IMG/VR virus record: IMGVR_UViG_3300006120_000030
Location: 1 to 52,120 of that record
Source: a virus
Lineage: Duplodnaviria; Caudoviricetes
DNA length: 52,120 bases
Reading direction: 5' to 3' (one strand)
Shown: piece after piece, positions 15,076-23,592 of the stretch
How the letters are laid out: every line of letters begins with the position of its first letter
Numbering within the stretch: position 1 is the stretch's first letter
The notes under the pieces: model-generated
Seen by the model: the letters and a program-made list of their open reading frames with translations, nothing else
Told to the model about the DNA's origin: nothing
The model's database searches: none
Made by a program: the position numbers and the translations under genes

Positions 15076-15318
15076 ATGGGCGGATACCTCAACCTCACTG
15101 GCAAGATTCTCGCAGCTTCACTAGCCGCATGGGGGATCGGCAAGGTGGTTGAAGCGCACTCCCAGCCGGTACAGCACATCGACGGCAAGGAGCACATGAG
15201 AGCGTTGGCGCTCACCGGAAACTGGGAGGACTACCGGCGCACCATGCTGGGAGTCTTTCCCGACATGACCGACGTCGAATTGGTGAACGTGTGGGAGTCC
15301 CTGAAGCGAGGAGAGTGA
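15076..15318 (+). CDS. hypothetical protein
   Basis: ORF after a degenerate promoter motif. Confidence 0.55.
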   Translation: MGGYLNLTGKILAASLAAWGIGKVVEAHSQPVQHIDGKEHMRALALTGNWEDYRRTMLGVFPDMTDVELVNVWESLKRGE

Positions 15319-15319
15319 A

Positions 15320-15631
15320 ATGCGTCTGTTCATCGTGGCAGCAATCATCACCGCGATTTTGAGCCATCCCGGCCAAGGATCCACTAGACTCGCAGACGGG
15401 TGCGCTCCCATCAAGGACCCAGATGCTCGGGCGTTCTGTCGGGCCATTGTGTCCGGCGATGTCTCCCACTGCAGCGCCATCCAGGACTCCGACCGAAGGG
15501 CTTATTGCAGGGCCGTGGTCCTAAAGGACCCTTCGCTCTGTAGTCCAATCAAGGACGCCAACATGAGGGCCCTTTGCCGGGCGGACGCCTCCCGGAAGGC
15601 CTCGGCCTGTACTTTCACGACAGGTATTTGA
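15320..15631 (+). CDS. secreted Cys-repeat protein (CxxIxDxxxRAxCRA x3)
   Basis: signal peptide plus three repeats; fourth repeat interrupted. Confidence 0.7.
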   Translation: MRLFIVAAIITAILSHPGQGSTRLADGCAPIKDPDARAFCRAIVSGDVSHCSAIQDSDRRAYCRAVVLKDPSLCSPIKDANMRALCRADASRKASACTFTTGI

Positions 15632-15632
15632 C

Positions 15633-15986
15633 GTGCAAGAGAGAAATTGCGACAAATGTGCTCTTCCCTTTTTGACGAAAGGAAGACGCAAGACATGTGA
15701 TAAGTGTCGTCGAACTAAATTGGCACACTACATGCGTCTGTACCGTTACAAGATGTCAAATGAAGATCTTGTAGCGATGCTTGCATCGCAAGAGTCTAAG
15801 TGCGGATTATGCAAGTGCGAATTGCAGCTCACGGGACGTGAGTCAAATTCAATGGTCGTTGATCATGACCACGTCACAAATAGCATTCGAGGCCTTTTGT
15901 GCTCGAGGTGTAACACGACACTTGGTGTCATTGAATCAACACCCGGGTGGATTGATTCAGCAATTTTGTGGCTGCAAAGAAAGTGA
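15633..15986 (+). CDS. endonuclease VII-family homing endonuclease
   Basis: Q..KCGLC..VVDHDHVTNSIRGLLCSRCN..LG; lower GC. Confidence 0.88.
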   Translation: MQERNCDKCALPFLTKGRRKTCDKCRRTKLAHYMRLYRYKMSNEDLVAMLASQESKCGLCKCELQLTGRESNSMVVDHDHVTNSIRGLLCSRCNTTLGVIESTPGWIDSAILWLQRK

Positions 15987-16192
15987 ATGTCACTTTCAAT
16001 AACAAGCTGCCACGTTGAAGCAGGATGCCGGGCATGGGTTACCACCCATGGGTTTTGAGAAGCACATTCCTGCTTCATTCTGTGCTGCCCGAGACCACTT
16101 GCTGGGCCGGCGAGGCGCACCCCGGGAGAGGTGGACGGGCATGGCGAGTCGACTAGTGCAAAGTTCGAGGTCGACGTGGTATGATTGGTGTC

Positions 16193-16384
16193 ATGGATTG
16201 GAGACCCAACCACGAGCCGGACGACGACTTTGCCGGCGTGATGAATCGCATCCGGACCCTTCGTCTGTATGGGGCTGCAGAGTCCCACATTCACGACGTC
16301 CTCGAGCAGTCAGGGATGACGGCTGAGCAGGCCCACTGGTGGATGCGGGCGGAACGCTATCTGGAACGCGTGCACGGAGAGTGA
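16193..16384 (+). CDS. hypothetical protein
   Basis: ATG after promoter motif at 16156. Confidence 0.65.
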   Translation: MDWRPNHEPDDDFAGVMNRIRTLRLYGAAESHIHDVLEQSGMTAEQAHWWMRAERYLERVHGE

Positions 16385-16391
16385 GGGAGCG

Positions 16392-16553
16392 ATGGAAGAG
16401 ACCCTGAGGCTGCTGGAATCGCTGGGCCCGCATGAGCTGGCGACCGGGCGACCCGTTCGAGAGGCCGCGCGTGAGCTGCGGGAGGCGGTCGAGCTGATCG
16501 CGGCGCTGCGCCTGCAAGGCCCTGCGCCAGTGCAAAGTTCACCCTCGAGGTGA
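16392..16553 (+). CDS. hypothetical protein (not in ORF track)
   Basis: GGGAG SD; MEETLRLLESLG...; stops in the promoter TGA. Confidence 0.55.
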   Translation: MEETLRLLESLGPHELATGRPVREAARELREAVELIAALRLQGPAPVQSSPSR

Positions 16554-16565
16554 TAGAGTAAGACC

Positions 16566-16781
16566 ATGAAGATCAAAGAGCTCAAGGCCCTGATCGCAGA
16601 GTTGCCCGACGACATGGAAGTGGTCGTGAGTGGGCAGGATCACTCCTACGACACCACGGGAAGTGGGCAGGTCCGGCTCGCCGAGAAGACGGCGGGTCGA
16701 TACCCGGAGTACCTGTGTCACGTTCCGGGCGGCGAGTCCACGCCGGTCAAGGTCTTCTGGATCGACGACGGAAAGTACTAG
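16566..16781 (+). CDS. hypothetical protein
   Basis: MKIKELKALIAELPDDMEV phage-type start; 36 nt after motif. Confidence 0.8.
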   Translation: MKIKELKALIAELPDDMEVVVSGQDHSYDTTGSGQVRLAEKTAGRYPEYLCHVPGGESTPVKVFWIDDGKY

Positions 16782-16790
16782 GGAGGGCGA

Positions 16791-17048
16791 ATGAGCTGGG
16801 TAATTGTGCTCTCTGCATTGGGCAGGGTTGATGAGCCGACGACGAATCCGCACAACTGCAAGGTTCGTCTGCCTGTGGGTATCAGTGCGCACTCTGCAGA
16901 AGAGGTGTTCAACCACGTCTGCGAATACGCTCACTCGGGTGAACACGAGTGGATGCGTACTGTTCGCCTCATTGGGCCTGGAAATTACCACGCAACGCGA
17001 GTTCGGTGCCTTGGCGTCTCGCCAGTGCAAAGTTCACCCTTGACGTGA
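16791..17048 (+). CDS. hypothetical protein
   Basis: GGAGG SD; stops in the promoter TGA. Confidence 0.6.
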   Translation: MSWVIVLSALGRVDEPTTNPHNCKVRLPVGISAHSAEEVFNHVCEYAHSGEHEWMRTVRLIGPGNYHATRVRCLGVSPVQSSPLT

Positions 17049-17060
17049 TAGAGTAAGACC

Positions 17061-17372
17061 ATGGACATCACGGGATTCCTCGCCTTCGTCGACTCGCTCA
17101 GCCCCGAAAAGTCGGAGTGGTCCAACCGGGCCGGCCTGGAGGAGTACGATGACGTGCCTGCCGCCTACCTGTTGAGCCTTCTGGAGAAGGCCAAGGCGTG
17201 CGACCTGAGCCCCCGAAAGGCGAAGAAGTGCAAGACCCTCACTGCCTCGTACGGCGAGGGCTTCCAGCTCACCACGAACCTGTGGGGCAACGTGCCCACG
17301 AAGGACGTGGCCATCCTGCTCAACTCCAACTCGGGCACCGTCACGGTCGTCCGGACGTCTGCGATCCGCTGA
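17061..17372 (+). CDS. hypothetical protein
   Basis: 36 nt after motif. Confidence 0.75.
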   Translation: MDITGFLAFVDSLSPEKSEWSNRAGLEEYDDVPAAYLLSLLEKAKACDLSPRKAKKCKTLTASYGEGFQLTTNLWGNVPTKDVAILLNSNSGTVTVVRTSAIR

Positions 17373-17413
17373 GCGAGTGCAAAGTTCACCCTCGACAGGA
17401 TAAGATAATTCCC

Positions 17414-17878
17414 ATGATGACCTCCATCAAGACCTCGATCTTCATGTCCGACCCCGCTCTCCGGGCGCGCCTCCTTGCGGGCGAGCACGTGGGCGCGTCC
17501 ACGGTGGCCGACGAGGAGCTGAGCTTCGAGATCGGTGAGGGCGGTGGGGAGATCTGGTACTGCGGGTTCTGCCAGGCGGTCCACAGCCCCAACCGCCCGG
17601 GCGCCTGTGACACCGACGACCTGGATCCCGTCGGCTACGATGCCGAGGTTGCGCATGAGACCCAGGATTGGTCCTCGGAGGACATCGTCCTTGCCGAGAA
17701 GGCTCCCGTCCAGGGCCGCGCTCGCCGCGGTGGGCACGTGTACTCCGTCTGCAAGTACGACGGCCCTCTCGCCAAGCGCTTCCTGAAGCGCAAGGCCAGC
17801 AAGGCCCGTCGTGCGGCCTTCCGCCGCAACGGCGAGGATGCCAACCCGGCGACCCCCACGAAGGGCTATTGGTACTGA
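17414..17878 (+). CDS. hypothetical protein with acidic core and basic C-terminus
   Basis: 37 nt after motif; KRFLKRKASKARRAAFRR. Confidence 0.7.
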   Translation: MMTSIKTSIFMSDPALRARLLAGEHVGASTVADEELSFEIGEGGGEIWYCGFCQAVHSPNRPGACDTDDLDPVGYDAEVAHETQDWSSEDIVLAEKAPVQGRARRGGHVYSVCKYDGPLAKRFLKRKASKARRAAFRRNGEDANPATPTKGYWY

Positions 17879-18063
17879 TGAACAAGTCAGAAGCGATGAG
17901 GTTGTTTGCGGATGAGGTCCCCGGCTACGTCGCACCCAAGGACGTGACGTGCGGGTTCTGCCAGATGGCCATTCGACATCGGTGGAACACGTTCGTGGTC
18001 ACTCGAGTGGCCGACGGTCGCCTGCCAGGTCGGGCGATCAACTGGGCGAACCCCTGGTCGTGA
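17878..18063 (+). CDS. hypothetical protein
   Basis: TGATG-coupled. Confidence 0.6.
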   Translation: MNKSEAMRLFADEVPGYVAPKDVTCGFCQMAIRHRWNTFVVTRVADGRLPGRAINWANPWS

Positions 18064-18099
18064 GTGCAAAGTTCACCCTCGACGTGATAGAGTAAGACC

Positions 18100-18273
18100 A
18101 TGGACAACGCGACGCTCAAGTCCTTTCAGCTTCACTTCGAGCAGTTCCTCATCAGGAACGACCTCACCCCTCTCCAGGGCGCAATGCGCCTCTGCGAGGC
18201 CCAGCTCTTCGCAGAGGAGGCTGGCGAGCTCCTGACTGACCAGGACCGAATCGAGTGGCTCGCCACGCACTGA
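18100..18273 (+). CDS. hypothetical 57-aa protein (not in ORF track)
   Basis: MDNATLKSFQ...; 36 nt after motif. Confidence 0.7.
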   Translation: MDNATLKSFQLHFEQFLIRNDLTPLQGAMRLCEAQLFAEEAGELLTDQDRIEWLATH

Positions 18274-18454
18274 CTCTTCCTTTTTAGCTTACTCCGCTGG
18301 TCAAGGCCTCCCAGCGTAATCCAAAGAGCCCATTATGTCTGGTAAGCGGCGCAGCCGTGGCTAGCCCGGAGACGTCCGGGAAAGTCGAAGGGGGTTTCGA
18401 AACCCCGCCCGACGCTGAGTGCAAAGTTCACCCTCGAAGTGATAGGATGAGATC

Positions 18455-18622
18455 ATGGTCAAGGACTCCTTCAGCAACGGCGACATCGAGATTCTCGTGG
18501 ACAACATTCGAGCGATGACCCGCAAGCCTTCGCCTGAGTTCAAGGAGCAGATTGCTCGGACCATCGAGGACCTGTGGTCGCAGCTTTCTCGCGAGCGCCG
18601 CGCGGCAGCAGAGCGAGAGTGA
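18455..18622 (+). CDS. hypothetical 55-aa protein (not in ORF track)
   Basis: MVKDSFSNGD...; 36 nt after motif. Confidence 0.7.
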   Translation: MVKDSFSNGDIEILVDNIRAMTRKPSPEFKEQIARTIEDLWSQLSRERRAAAERE

Positions 18623-18658
18623 GTGCAAAGTTCTTCCTCGAAGTGGTAGGATGAGATC

Positions 18659-18814
18659 ATGAAGACGCCCTTCTACAAGTTCGTCGTGCTGCTGAAGCTA
18701 GAGGGCCCCTTCTGGGGTGAGGAGCGTGTCGAGGTGTACGCGTACACGCCGCAGCATGCGATGCGCATCACCAAGCGCCACGGATACGTGGCCGTGTCCG
18801 CTACCCGGGAGTGA
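18659..18814 (+). CDS. hypothetical 51-aa protein (not in ORF track)
   Basis: MKTPFYKFVV...; 36 nt after motif. Confidence 0.7.
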   Translation: MKTPFYKFVVLLKLEGPFWGEERVEVYAYTPQHAMRITKRHGYVAVSATRE

Positions 18815-18850
18815 GTGCAAAGTTCAGCGTTGATGTGATAGAGTAGACAA

Positions 18851-19048
18851 GTGGCAAAACGAGATGGAATCTACAACTCGCTCCTTGACCTGGACGTCAT
18901 CCTCCGAGCAGACACCAACAGCCTCTTGCGGCTAGTGGATTGGATGGGCCTGCGTGCCCCAACGCTCGATTCGCAGGGTGGTTCTCTCAAGGCCTGGCGC
19001 TACCGCCTTGCCTGTATGATTCTTCGCGCTGGTAAGCGCGGCCACTGA
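18851..19048 (+). CDS. hypothetical protein
   Basis: GTG 36 nt after motif. Confidence 0.65.
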   Translation: MAKRDGIYNSLLDLDVILRADTNSLLRLVDWMGLRAPTLDSQGGSLKAWRYRLACMILRAGKRGH

Positions 19049-19058
19049 AAGGCTTCCT

Positions 19059-19337
19059 ATGTCGTTCACGTTCAACGTCTCGTTGTATGAGGATTGTTTG
19101 TGCTGTCCGTGCTGTGATTGCTCGTGCGATGAGGATCGCCCGGATTGGGAGCGGGTGTACTTGGTCCGCGAGTTCGGCTCGGATGAGATGGCGGCGCGTG
19201 AGTTTGCGGTCGCGTCGCACGCGTGGGCTCGGTCGGCGGGTATGTTCTTGGAAGTCGAGGTTCACCGGGTCGGTCCGTTGGGTGGAGATCGTGGACGGTG
19301 GTGCCCGGCGTGGATGACGGTAACGGACTACGTGTAG
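19059..19337 (+). CDS. hypothetical protein with Cys cluster
   Basis: CLCCPCCDCSC; stop abuts the next motif. Confidence 0.55.
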   Translation: MSFTFNVSLYEDCLCCPCCDCSCDEDRPDWERVYLVREFGSDEMAAREFAVASHAWARSAGMFLEVEVHRVGPLGGDRGRWCPAWMTVTDYV

Positions 19338-19372
19338 TGCAAAGTTCAACGTCGAGGGGCTATGATGGGATC

Positions 19373-19636
19373 ATGAACAGTACTTCAAACGAAGGCCTCT
19401 CCCTCATTACCTCCTTTGCGGAGAGGTCTGACGCGGACCTCTTGCTCAAGTACTTGAGGGACTGCTTCGACTTCGAGTTCTCGGCAGAGGAGGCTTGTGA
19501 CGGTTCCGTGTTCATCTGGGCCGACCTGCGACACATCGTCCCGTGGTCGATGGGTCCCGAGAAGTCGCGCGTCCTGGACCGCCTGAACCTCTTCGCCGCT
19601 GGCTTCGTTCGGGGCCTCGAGGCAGGGCGTCCTTGA
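19373..19636 (+). CDS. hypothetical protein
   Basis: 36 nt after motif. Confidence 0.7.
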   Translation: MNSTSNEGLSLITSFAERSDADLLLKYLRDCFDFEFSAEEACDGSVFIWADLRHIVPWSMGPEKSRVLDRLNLFAAGFVRGLEAGRP

Positions 19637-19764
19637 ACCACTTCATCGCTGCACTTGTGCTCACCCTGGCATGTGTCTTCGTGGTCGACGGGCTCCTGTC
19701 CGCGTTGACCCGCGAGGACGAATCGTCAGTGCAAAGTTCACGCCCGGAGTGATAGAGTAAGACC

Positions 19765-19989
19765 ATGGAATCAACCTTCATCAACCGGGTCCTGGTCCAC
19801 CTTCCTGCCGTGCTCGATCCGACGTTTCGCCCGCAGGTCATGCGCCACCTCCAGGGCATGTACCGCGACAAGTGGACCGTTGAGGACGCCGTCAGCTTCT
19901 TCAGCTGTTTCGAGGAGGTGTCGCCCGACCTGGACGAGGCGACTGCGTGCGCCCGCATGGTCGAACTCCAGATGAAGTACGCTGGTTGA
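19765..19989 (+). CDS. hypothetical protein
   Basis: 36 nt after motif. Confidence 0.75.
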   Translation: MESTFINRVLVHLPAVLDPTFRPQVMRHLQGMYRDKWTVEDAVSFFSCFEEVSPDLDEATACARMVELQMKYAG

Positions 19990-20030
19990 ATCCAGTGCAA
20001 AGTTCAGCGTCGAAGGGATATACTGAGATC

Positions 20031-20408
20031 ATGGAAAAGACGCCCCTCACCCGCTTCCCCCAGGCCCACAAGCTGCCCAAGACGGTTAAGGCCGACTTCG
20101 TGGCGAAGATCCGCGCTGCCCTGGACGCCAACCCGGCGGCCGTGGAGCGGGCGATCAAGGTCCTCTTCGACCGCCAGACGGCCGGTGAGAAGGCGGTCCA
20201 CGCCACCCTCGAGGACAACTCCCTGGGTGTTCGCCACAACCACGGTGGCAAGGTGGTCTACTACGGCAAGTGGCTTGCCTCGGGCCGCCACCTGACGGGA
20301 ACCCACCTGGAGAAGGCCCGCAAGCTGGCCCACACCTACGCGGCCACCCAGCTCTTCGAGCTCGCGGCCCTCAAAGCCGGCCTCATCAAGGTCGAGGTGG
20401 CGTCGTGA
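20031..20408 (+). CDS. conserved-looking phage hypothetical protein
   Basis: 36 nt after motif; ERAI..LF.RQT..E....T.E.N..G pattern. Confidence 0.75.
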   Translation: MEKTPLTRFPQAHKLPKTVKADFVAKIRAALDANPAAVERAIKVLFDRQTAGEKAVHATLEDNSLGVRHNHGGKVVYYGKWLASGRHLTGTHLEKARKLAHTYAATQLFELAALKAGLIKVEVAS

Positions 20409-20692
20409 AGGTCATCAAGAAGGGTCGCCCCCAGAAGGGGTGGGCGACCGAGGCGAAGTGCTCGGGCGCCGGAAACGGCAACGGTGGCTGTGGGGCTCTT
20501 CTCCTCGTGGAAGAGGGCGACCTCTACCTGACGGAGTCGAGCGCTCGGGATGAGACGACTACCTACATCACGTTCCGGTGCCCCGAGTGCGGCGTTCAGA
20601 CAGACATCAACAGCGTGCCCAGCCACGTCAAGTCGAATCTCTCACGCGAACCGCGGCCCGAGTCGGGGCCCTTCTCCCCGGGAACGAAGTAA
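20405..20692 (+). CDS. Zn-ribbon small protein
   Basis: CGALLLVEEGD..CPECG; paralog of 21407. Confidence 0.7.
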   Translation: MKVIKKGRPQKGWATEAKCSGAGNGNGGCGALLLVEEGDLYLTESSARDETTTYITFRCPECGVQTDINSVPSHVKSNLSREPRPESGPFSPGTK

Positions 20693-20693
20693 C

Positions 20694-20903
20694 ATGGCAG
20701 TCAAGGCAACGACCACGTACGAGGCTTGCGACGAGGACGGGACCATTACGTTCCGTCAGGCGGACACCAACCACGTCCTGATCGAGATCGTGTCCGCCTC
20801 GGACACCGACGACAAGATGAGCATCATGATCTCCCGAAGCGACCTCTACCAGATCGCTCGTGCGATCGGTCCGACGGACGTGCCGGGATCGGGCGACCGA
20901 TGA
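20694..20903 (+). CDS. hypothetical protein
   Basis: coupled ORF. Confidence 0.55.
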   Translation: MAVKATTTYEACDEDGTITFRQADTNHVLIEIVSASDTDDKMSIMISRSDLYQIARAIGPTDVPGSGDR

Positions 20904-21115
20904 AGGCCGAAGACCTCTTCCCGGGCGACATCGTCAAGGCACGTGCGCCCGGAACGCTCTTTCCCAGCCCTCGACGCATCGTGGACATCGACCGAGTCTA
21001 CGGAGGCGGAGATTGGCTGAAGATCACTTTCGACGACGGACTCGAGGTGATTGCGTACAACGATCAGGAACTGTCGGAGGAAGAAGTTCTCCACCTCGCG
21101 AGGGTCTACCGATGA
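20900..21115 (+). CDS. hypothetical SH3-like small protein
   Basis: AEDLFPGDIV..IVDI..LKITFDDG. Confidence 0.6.
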   Translation: MKAEDLFPGDIVKARAPGTLFPSPRRIVDIDRVYGGGDWLKITFDDGLEVIAYNDQELSEEEVLHLARVYR

Positions 21116-21405
21116 AACGAGTCAGAAATCCGAACGAAGCACCCACGGTGCCCCACTACTACGTCATCCTCTTCAAGAGCAGGTCGCACTACGTCGAGGG
21201 CGACGAGCGCAGCCGCACCAACCCGGGCCACGGCTATCCGGGCGGGTACGAGACGGTCGAGGAGACCGAGTTCTGGGTCACGCTCAACATCAACGATCTC
21301 GGTCCGTTCCTCCTCAAGCAGGAGCAGGAGAAGGTGCCGTACGTCGCCTTCCACGGCGGCCGTCCGCTCAAGCTGACGGTCACGACCACGACGGACGTGA
21401 AGTGA
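21112..21405 (+). CDS. hypothetical protein
   Basis: GDERSRTNPGHGYP motif familiar from phage hypotheticals. Confidence 0.7.
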   Translation: MKRVRNPNEAPTVPHYYVILFKSRSHYVEGDERSRTNPGHGYPGGYETVEETEFWVTLNINDLGPFLLKQEQEKVPYVAFHGGRPLKLTVTTTTDVK

Positions 21406-21406
21406 C

Positions 21407-21685
21407 ATGAAGGTCCTCAGGAAGGCTCCCGTTCCCGCGTGGGCGTGCGAGCAGACGTGCACGTGCCGAGCGCTCCTCCTCGTTGAAGAGGGCGACATCT
21501 TCAAGGTCCGGAACGATCCAGGACGACCGCACTGGAAGTACCACTGTCCCGAGTGCGACAAGGACACGAACTTCAAGGGGACGATTCCATCCGAGGTCGC
21601 CCAGCGGATTCGGTTCAACACCGACCTGTCGTACGTCCCAGACGACGGCGGAAACCAGCAGGGATACGGACGCGGAGACGGCTGA
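21407..21685 (+). CDS. Zn-ribbon small protein
   Basis: CTCRALLLVEEGD..CPEC; paralog of 20405. Confidence 0.7.
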   Translation: MKVLRKAPVPAWACEQTCTCRALLLVEEGDIFKVRNDPGRPHWKYHCPECDKDTNFKGTIPSEVAQRIRFNTDLSYVPDDGGNQQGYGRGDG

Positions 21686-22122
21686 TGATCGTGACTCTCC
21701 TGGCGACAGCGGTCGTCTCCTCGGCGGCGACCTGCGCAGGCATCTTCCTGTGGGCTCTCCGCCTGAGCAAGAAGAAGAAGGCCGACTACAAGGTCGGTGA
21801 CGACGGCTACGTCGAGCTCACGAAGAGTCCCGAGGATTACCGCCTTGCGGGCGGCATTGAGCTCACGTTCCAGCCGTACAGTGGTGGTGATCCCATCGTC
21901 TGGAAGAACGTGACTAGGTCGTCCGACGTCCCTCAGCCATACTTGGAGCTGATGCGTCGGAAGTTCCAGGGCCAGTACGACATGCTGAGGATCATCTACA
22001 CTGACGATCCCGAGGAGTCGGAGGAGCTTCGATCTTGGATCCAGTACGGCGGTGACACTCGTCCCAAGTCTCCGATCAGCGAGCCGCCGCCCAGCGAGGG
22101 TCCCACTCGCGGCTATCAATGA
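21685..22122 (+). CDS. membrane-anchored hypothetical protein
   Basis: N-terminal TM helix then KKKK. Confidence 0.65.
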   Translation: MIVTLLATAVVSSAATCAGIFLWALRLSKKKKADYKVGDDGYVELTKSPEDYRLAGGIELTFQPYSGGDPIVWKNVTRSSDVPQPYLELMRRKFQGQYDMLRIIYTDDPEESEELRSWIQYGGDTRPKSPISEPPPSEGPTRGYQ

Positions 22123-22158
22123 GTGCAAAGTCGACAACGAACGTGATAGGGTGGACCC

Positions 22159-22563
22159 ATGATCAAGGACAAGACGAAGAACTGCCCCACCCGATTCTGT
22201 CGTGGGGCGTTCACGGGGTGGCACGAGGAGTGGAACTGGTTCGGGCTGAATGGTCTGCGGGGGATGTCCCGGGATCGGGTCGCCAAGCTCACCCTCGCTG
22301 AGCTGTCACGCGGTGGTGGGGTCGCGACCTCAGGCACCTACACGGGCTTCCGGCTGGAGATCATCAACAAGGTGACGGGCGTGGTCGACAAGGTTGACCT
22401 GTTCTTCGACGACTACATGGTGTCCCGTCGCGACCAGCGGCCCGACTACAAGGGCGGGTTCTCCGTCGTGTCACACACGGGCTGGGACTGGTACATCGCT
22501 GTCCCAGCTGACGTGCAGGGCATCGTGGATGCAGTGGAGTGCTACATGAGGGCTTTCGAATGA
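22159..22563 (+). CDS. hypothetical protein
   Basis: 36 nt after motif at 22123. Confidence 0.75.
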   Translation: MIKDKTKNCPTRFCRGAFTGWHEEWNWFGLNGLRGMSRDRVAKLTLAELSRGGGVATSGTYTGFRLEIINKVTGVVDKVDLFFDDYMVSRRDQRPDYKGGFSVVSHTGWDWYIAVPADVQGIVDAVECYMRAFE

Positions 22564-22730
22564 CCAATGCAGGATGGCTCGGCCTCTTTCTCATCGCTGT
22601 CTCCCTGTCCATCTGGGCTGCTCAGGCCCACGACCTCGTGTACTTCCTGTGCAGCTTCCTGTTCGCGGCGTGGTGCTTCGGCAATTTCTCGCCGCTGCCT
22701 CCCGAGACACCGCCTGCGCCGCCTACTTAG
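22560..22730 (+). CDS. small membrane protein
   Basis: two hydrophobic segments. Confidence 0.55.
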   Translation: MTNAGWLGLFLIAVSLSIWAAQAHDLVYFLCSFLFAAWCFGNFSPLPPETPPAPPT

Positions 22731-22733
22731 CAC

Positions 22734-22943
22734 ATGCGAATCACAGCAACCCAGCTTCGAGCCATCATCAAGGAAGAAGTGGAAGCACTGAGCCCTGAGC
22801 AGGACAGAGATCTGGCCGACGACCTCGAGGACGTGTGCGACATGTTCGACGACTTCGAGGCGCTCGGTCCCCAAGAGAAGCAATTCGCGCTGTCAAGCGT
22901 CAGGCGTCTACTGAGGCAGGCTGCAGGAAAGATTCGTCAGTAG
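22734..22943 (+). CDS. putative late/internal virion protein
   Basis: MRITATQLRAIIKEEV leader; TACTTAG motif just upstream. Confidence 0.65.
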   Translation: MRITATQLRAIIKEEVEALSPEQDRDLADDLEDVCDMFDDFEALGPQEKQFALSSVRRLLRQAAGKIRQ

Positions 22944-22959
22944 ACGCCTACGTAGAACA

Positions 22960-23223
22960 ATGCGCATCACAGTCAAGCAGCTCCGTCAGGTCATTCGCGA
23001 GGAAGTCACCCGTGCCCGTCTCACCGAGACGAAGTGGATCGCTCAGGTCGACTTCGGCGGTGGCGGGACTGAGGAGATCGAGGTCGAGGCCACCAGTGAG
23101 CGCGAGGCTCGTATGGAGATCGAGAGCCAGCTTCAGGACCCTGAGATGTGGCAGCCCGGCGGCAAGATCGTCAATGGACCTGAGAAGGTCACCGGCGGCA
23201 TGAGCATCTCGCACATGCGCTGA
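22960..23223 (+). CDS. putative late/internal virion protein
   Basis: MRITVKQLRQVIREEV leader; TACGTAG motif upstream. Confidence 0.65.
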   Translation: MRITVKQLRQVIREEVTRARLTETKWIAQVDFGGGGTEEIEVEATSEREARMEIESQLQDPEMWQPGGKIVNGPEKVTGGMSISHMR

Positions 23224-23282
23224 TTTCGTCCCTGCCGGCATGTGTCGTGCAAAGTTGAGCGTCGACGTGGTATAGTAAGACC

Positions 23283-23501
23283 ATGGACAACGCAACGAAG
23301 AAGCTCAACTGGCAGGAGTACCTGCGAGAGATCATTCAGCGCAACACGCCCAAGGCTGGCGTCCGACACCTCTACATCGAGGATGGGCTGCCCGGAATGC
23401 CCACTCGTGATCACCAGCCCGTGATCGAGCTTGAGTCCTACTGCGACAACGCCATCGAGGACATCCTCGCTGATGACCACGCGAAGCGGAATGCAAAGTA
23501 A
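23283..23501 (+). CDS. hypothetical protein
   Basis: 36 nt after motif at 23247; same MDNAT start as 18100. Confidence 0.7.
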   Translation: MDNATKKLNWQEYLREIIQRNTPKAGVRHLYIEDGLPGMPTRDHQPVIELESYCDNAIEDILADDHAKRNAK

Positions 23502-23592
23502 GACGCTCGCGTGATAGAGTAAAAGAGTTCAGATTGAGGCGACCAACCACCGGAAGGTGCGAGGCGCTTGGCCCCGAAAAGAAGAGAAGCAC

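Larger units (their letters stand above)
16156..20030 (+). repeat. dense array of 36-nt promoter repeats separating one- to two-gene cassettes
   Basis: GTGCAAAGTTC...TGATAGAGTAAGACC-ATG type copies at 16156,16530,17025,17377,18064,18419,18623,18815,19337,19729,19995. Confidence 0.9.

Noticed and set aside
16156-20030. CRISPR array or integron attC array
   Set aside because: Spacers are 190-700 nt whole genes, the repeats are non-palindromic and promoter-shaped, and no cas or integrase gene is present.
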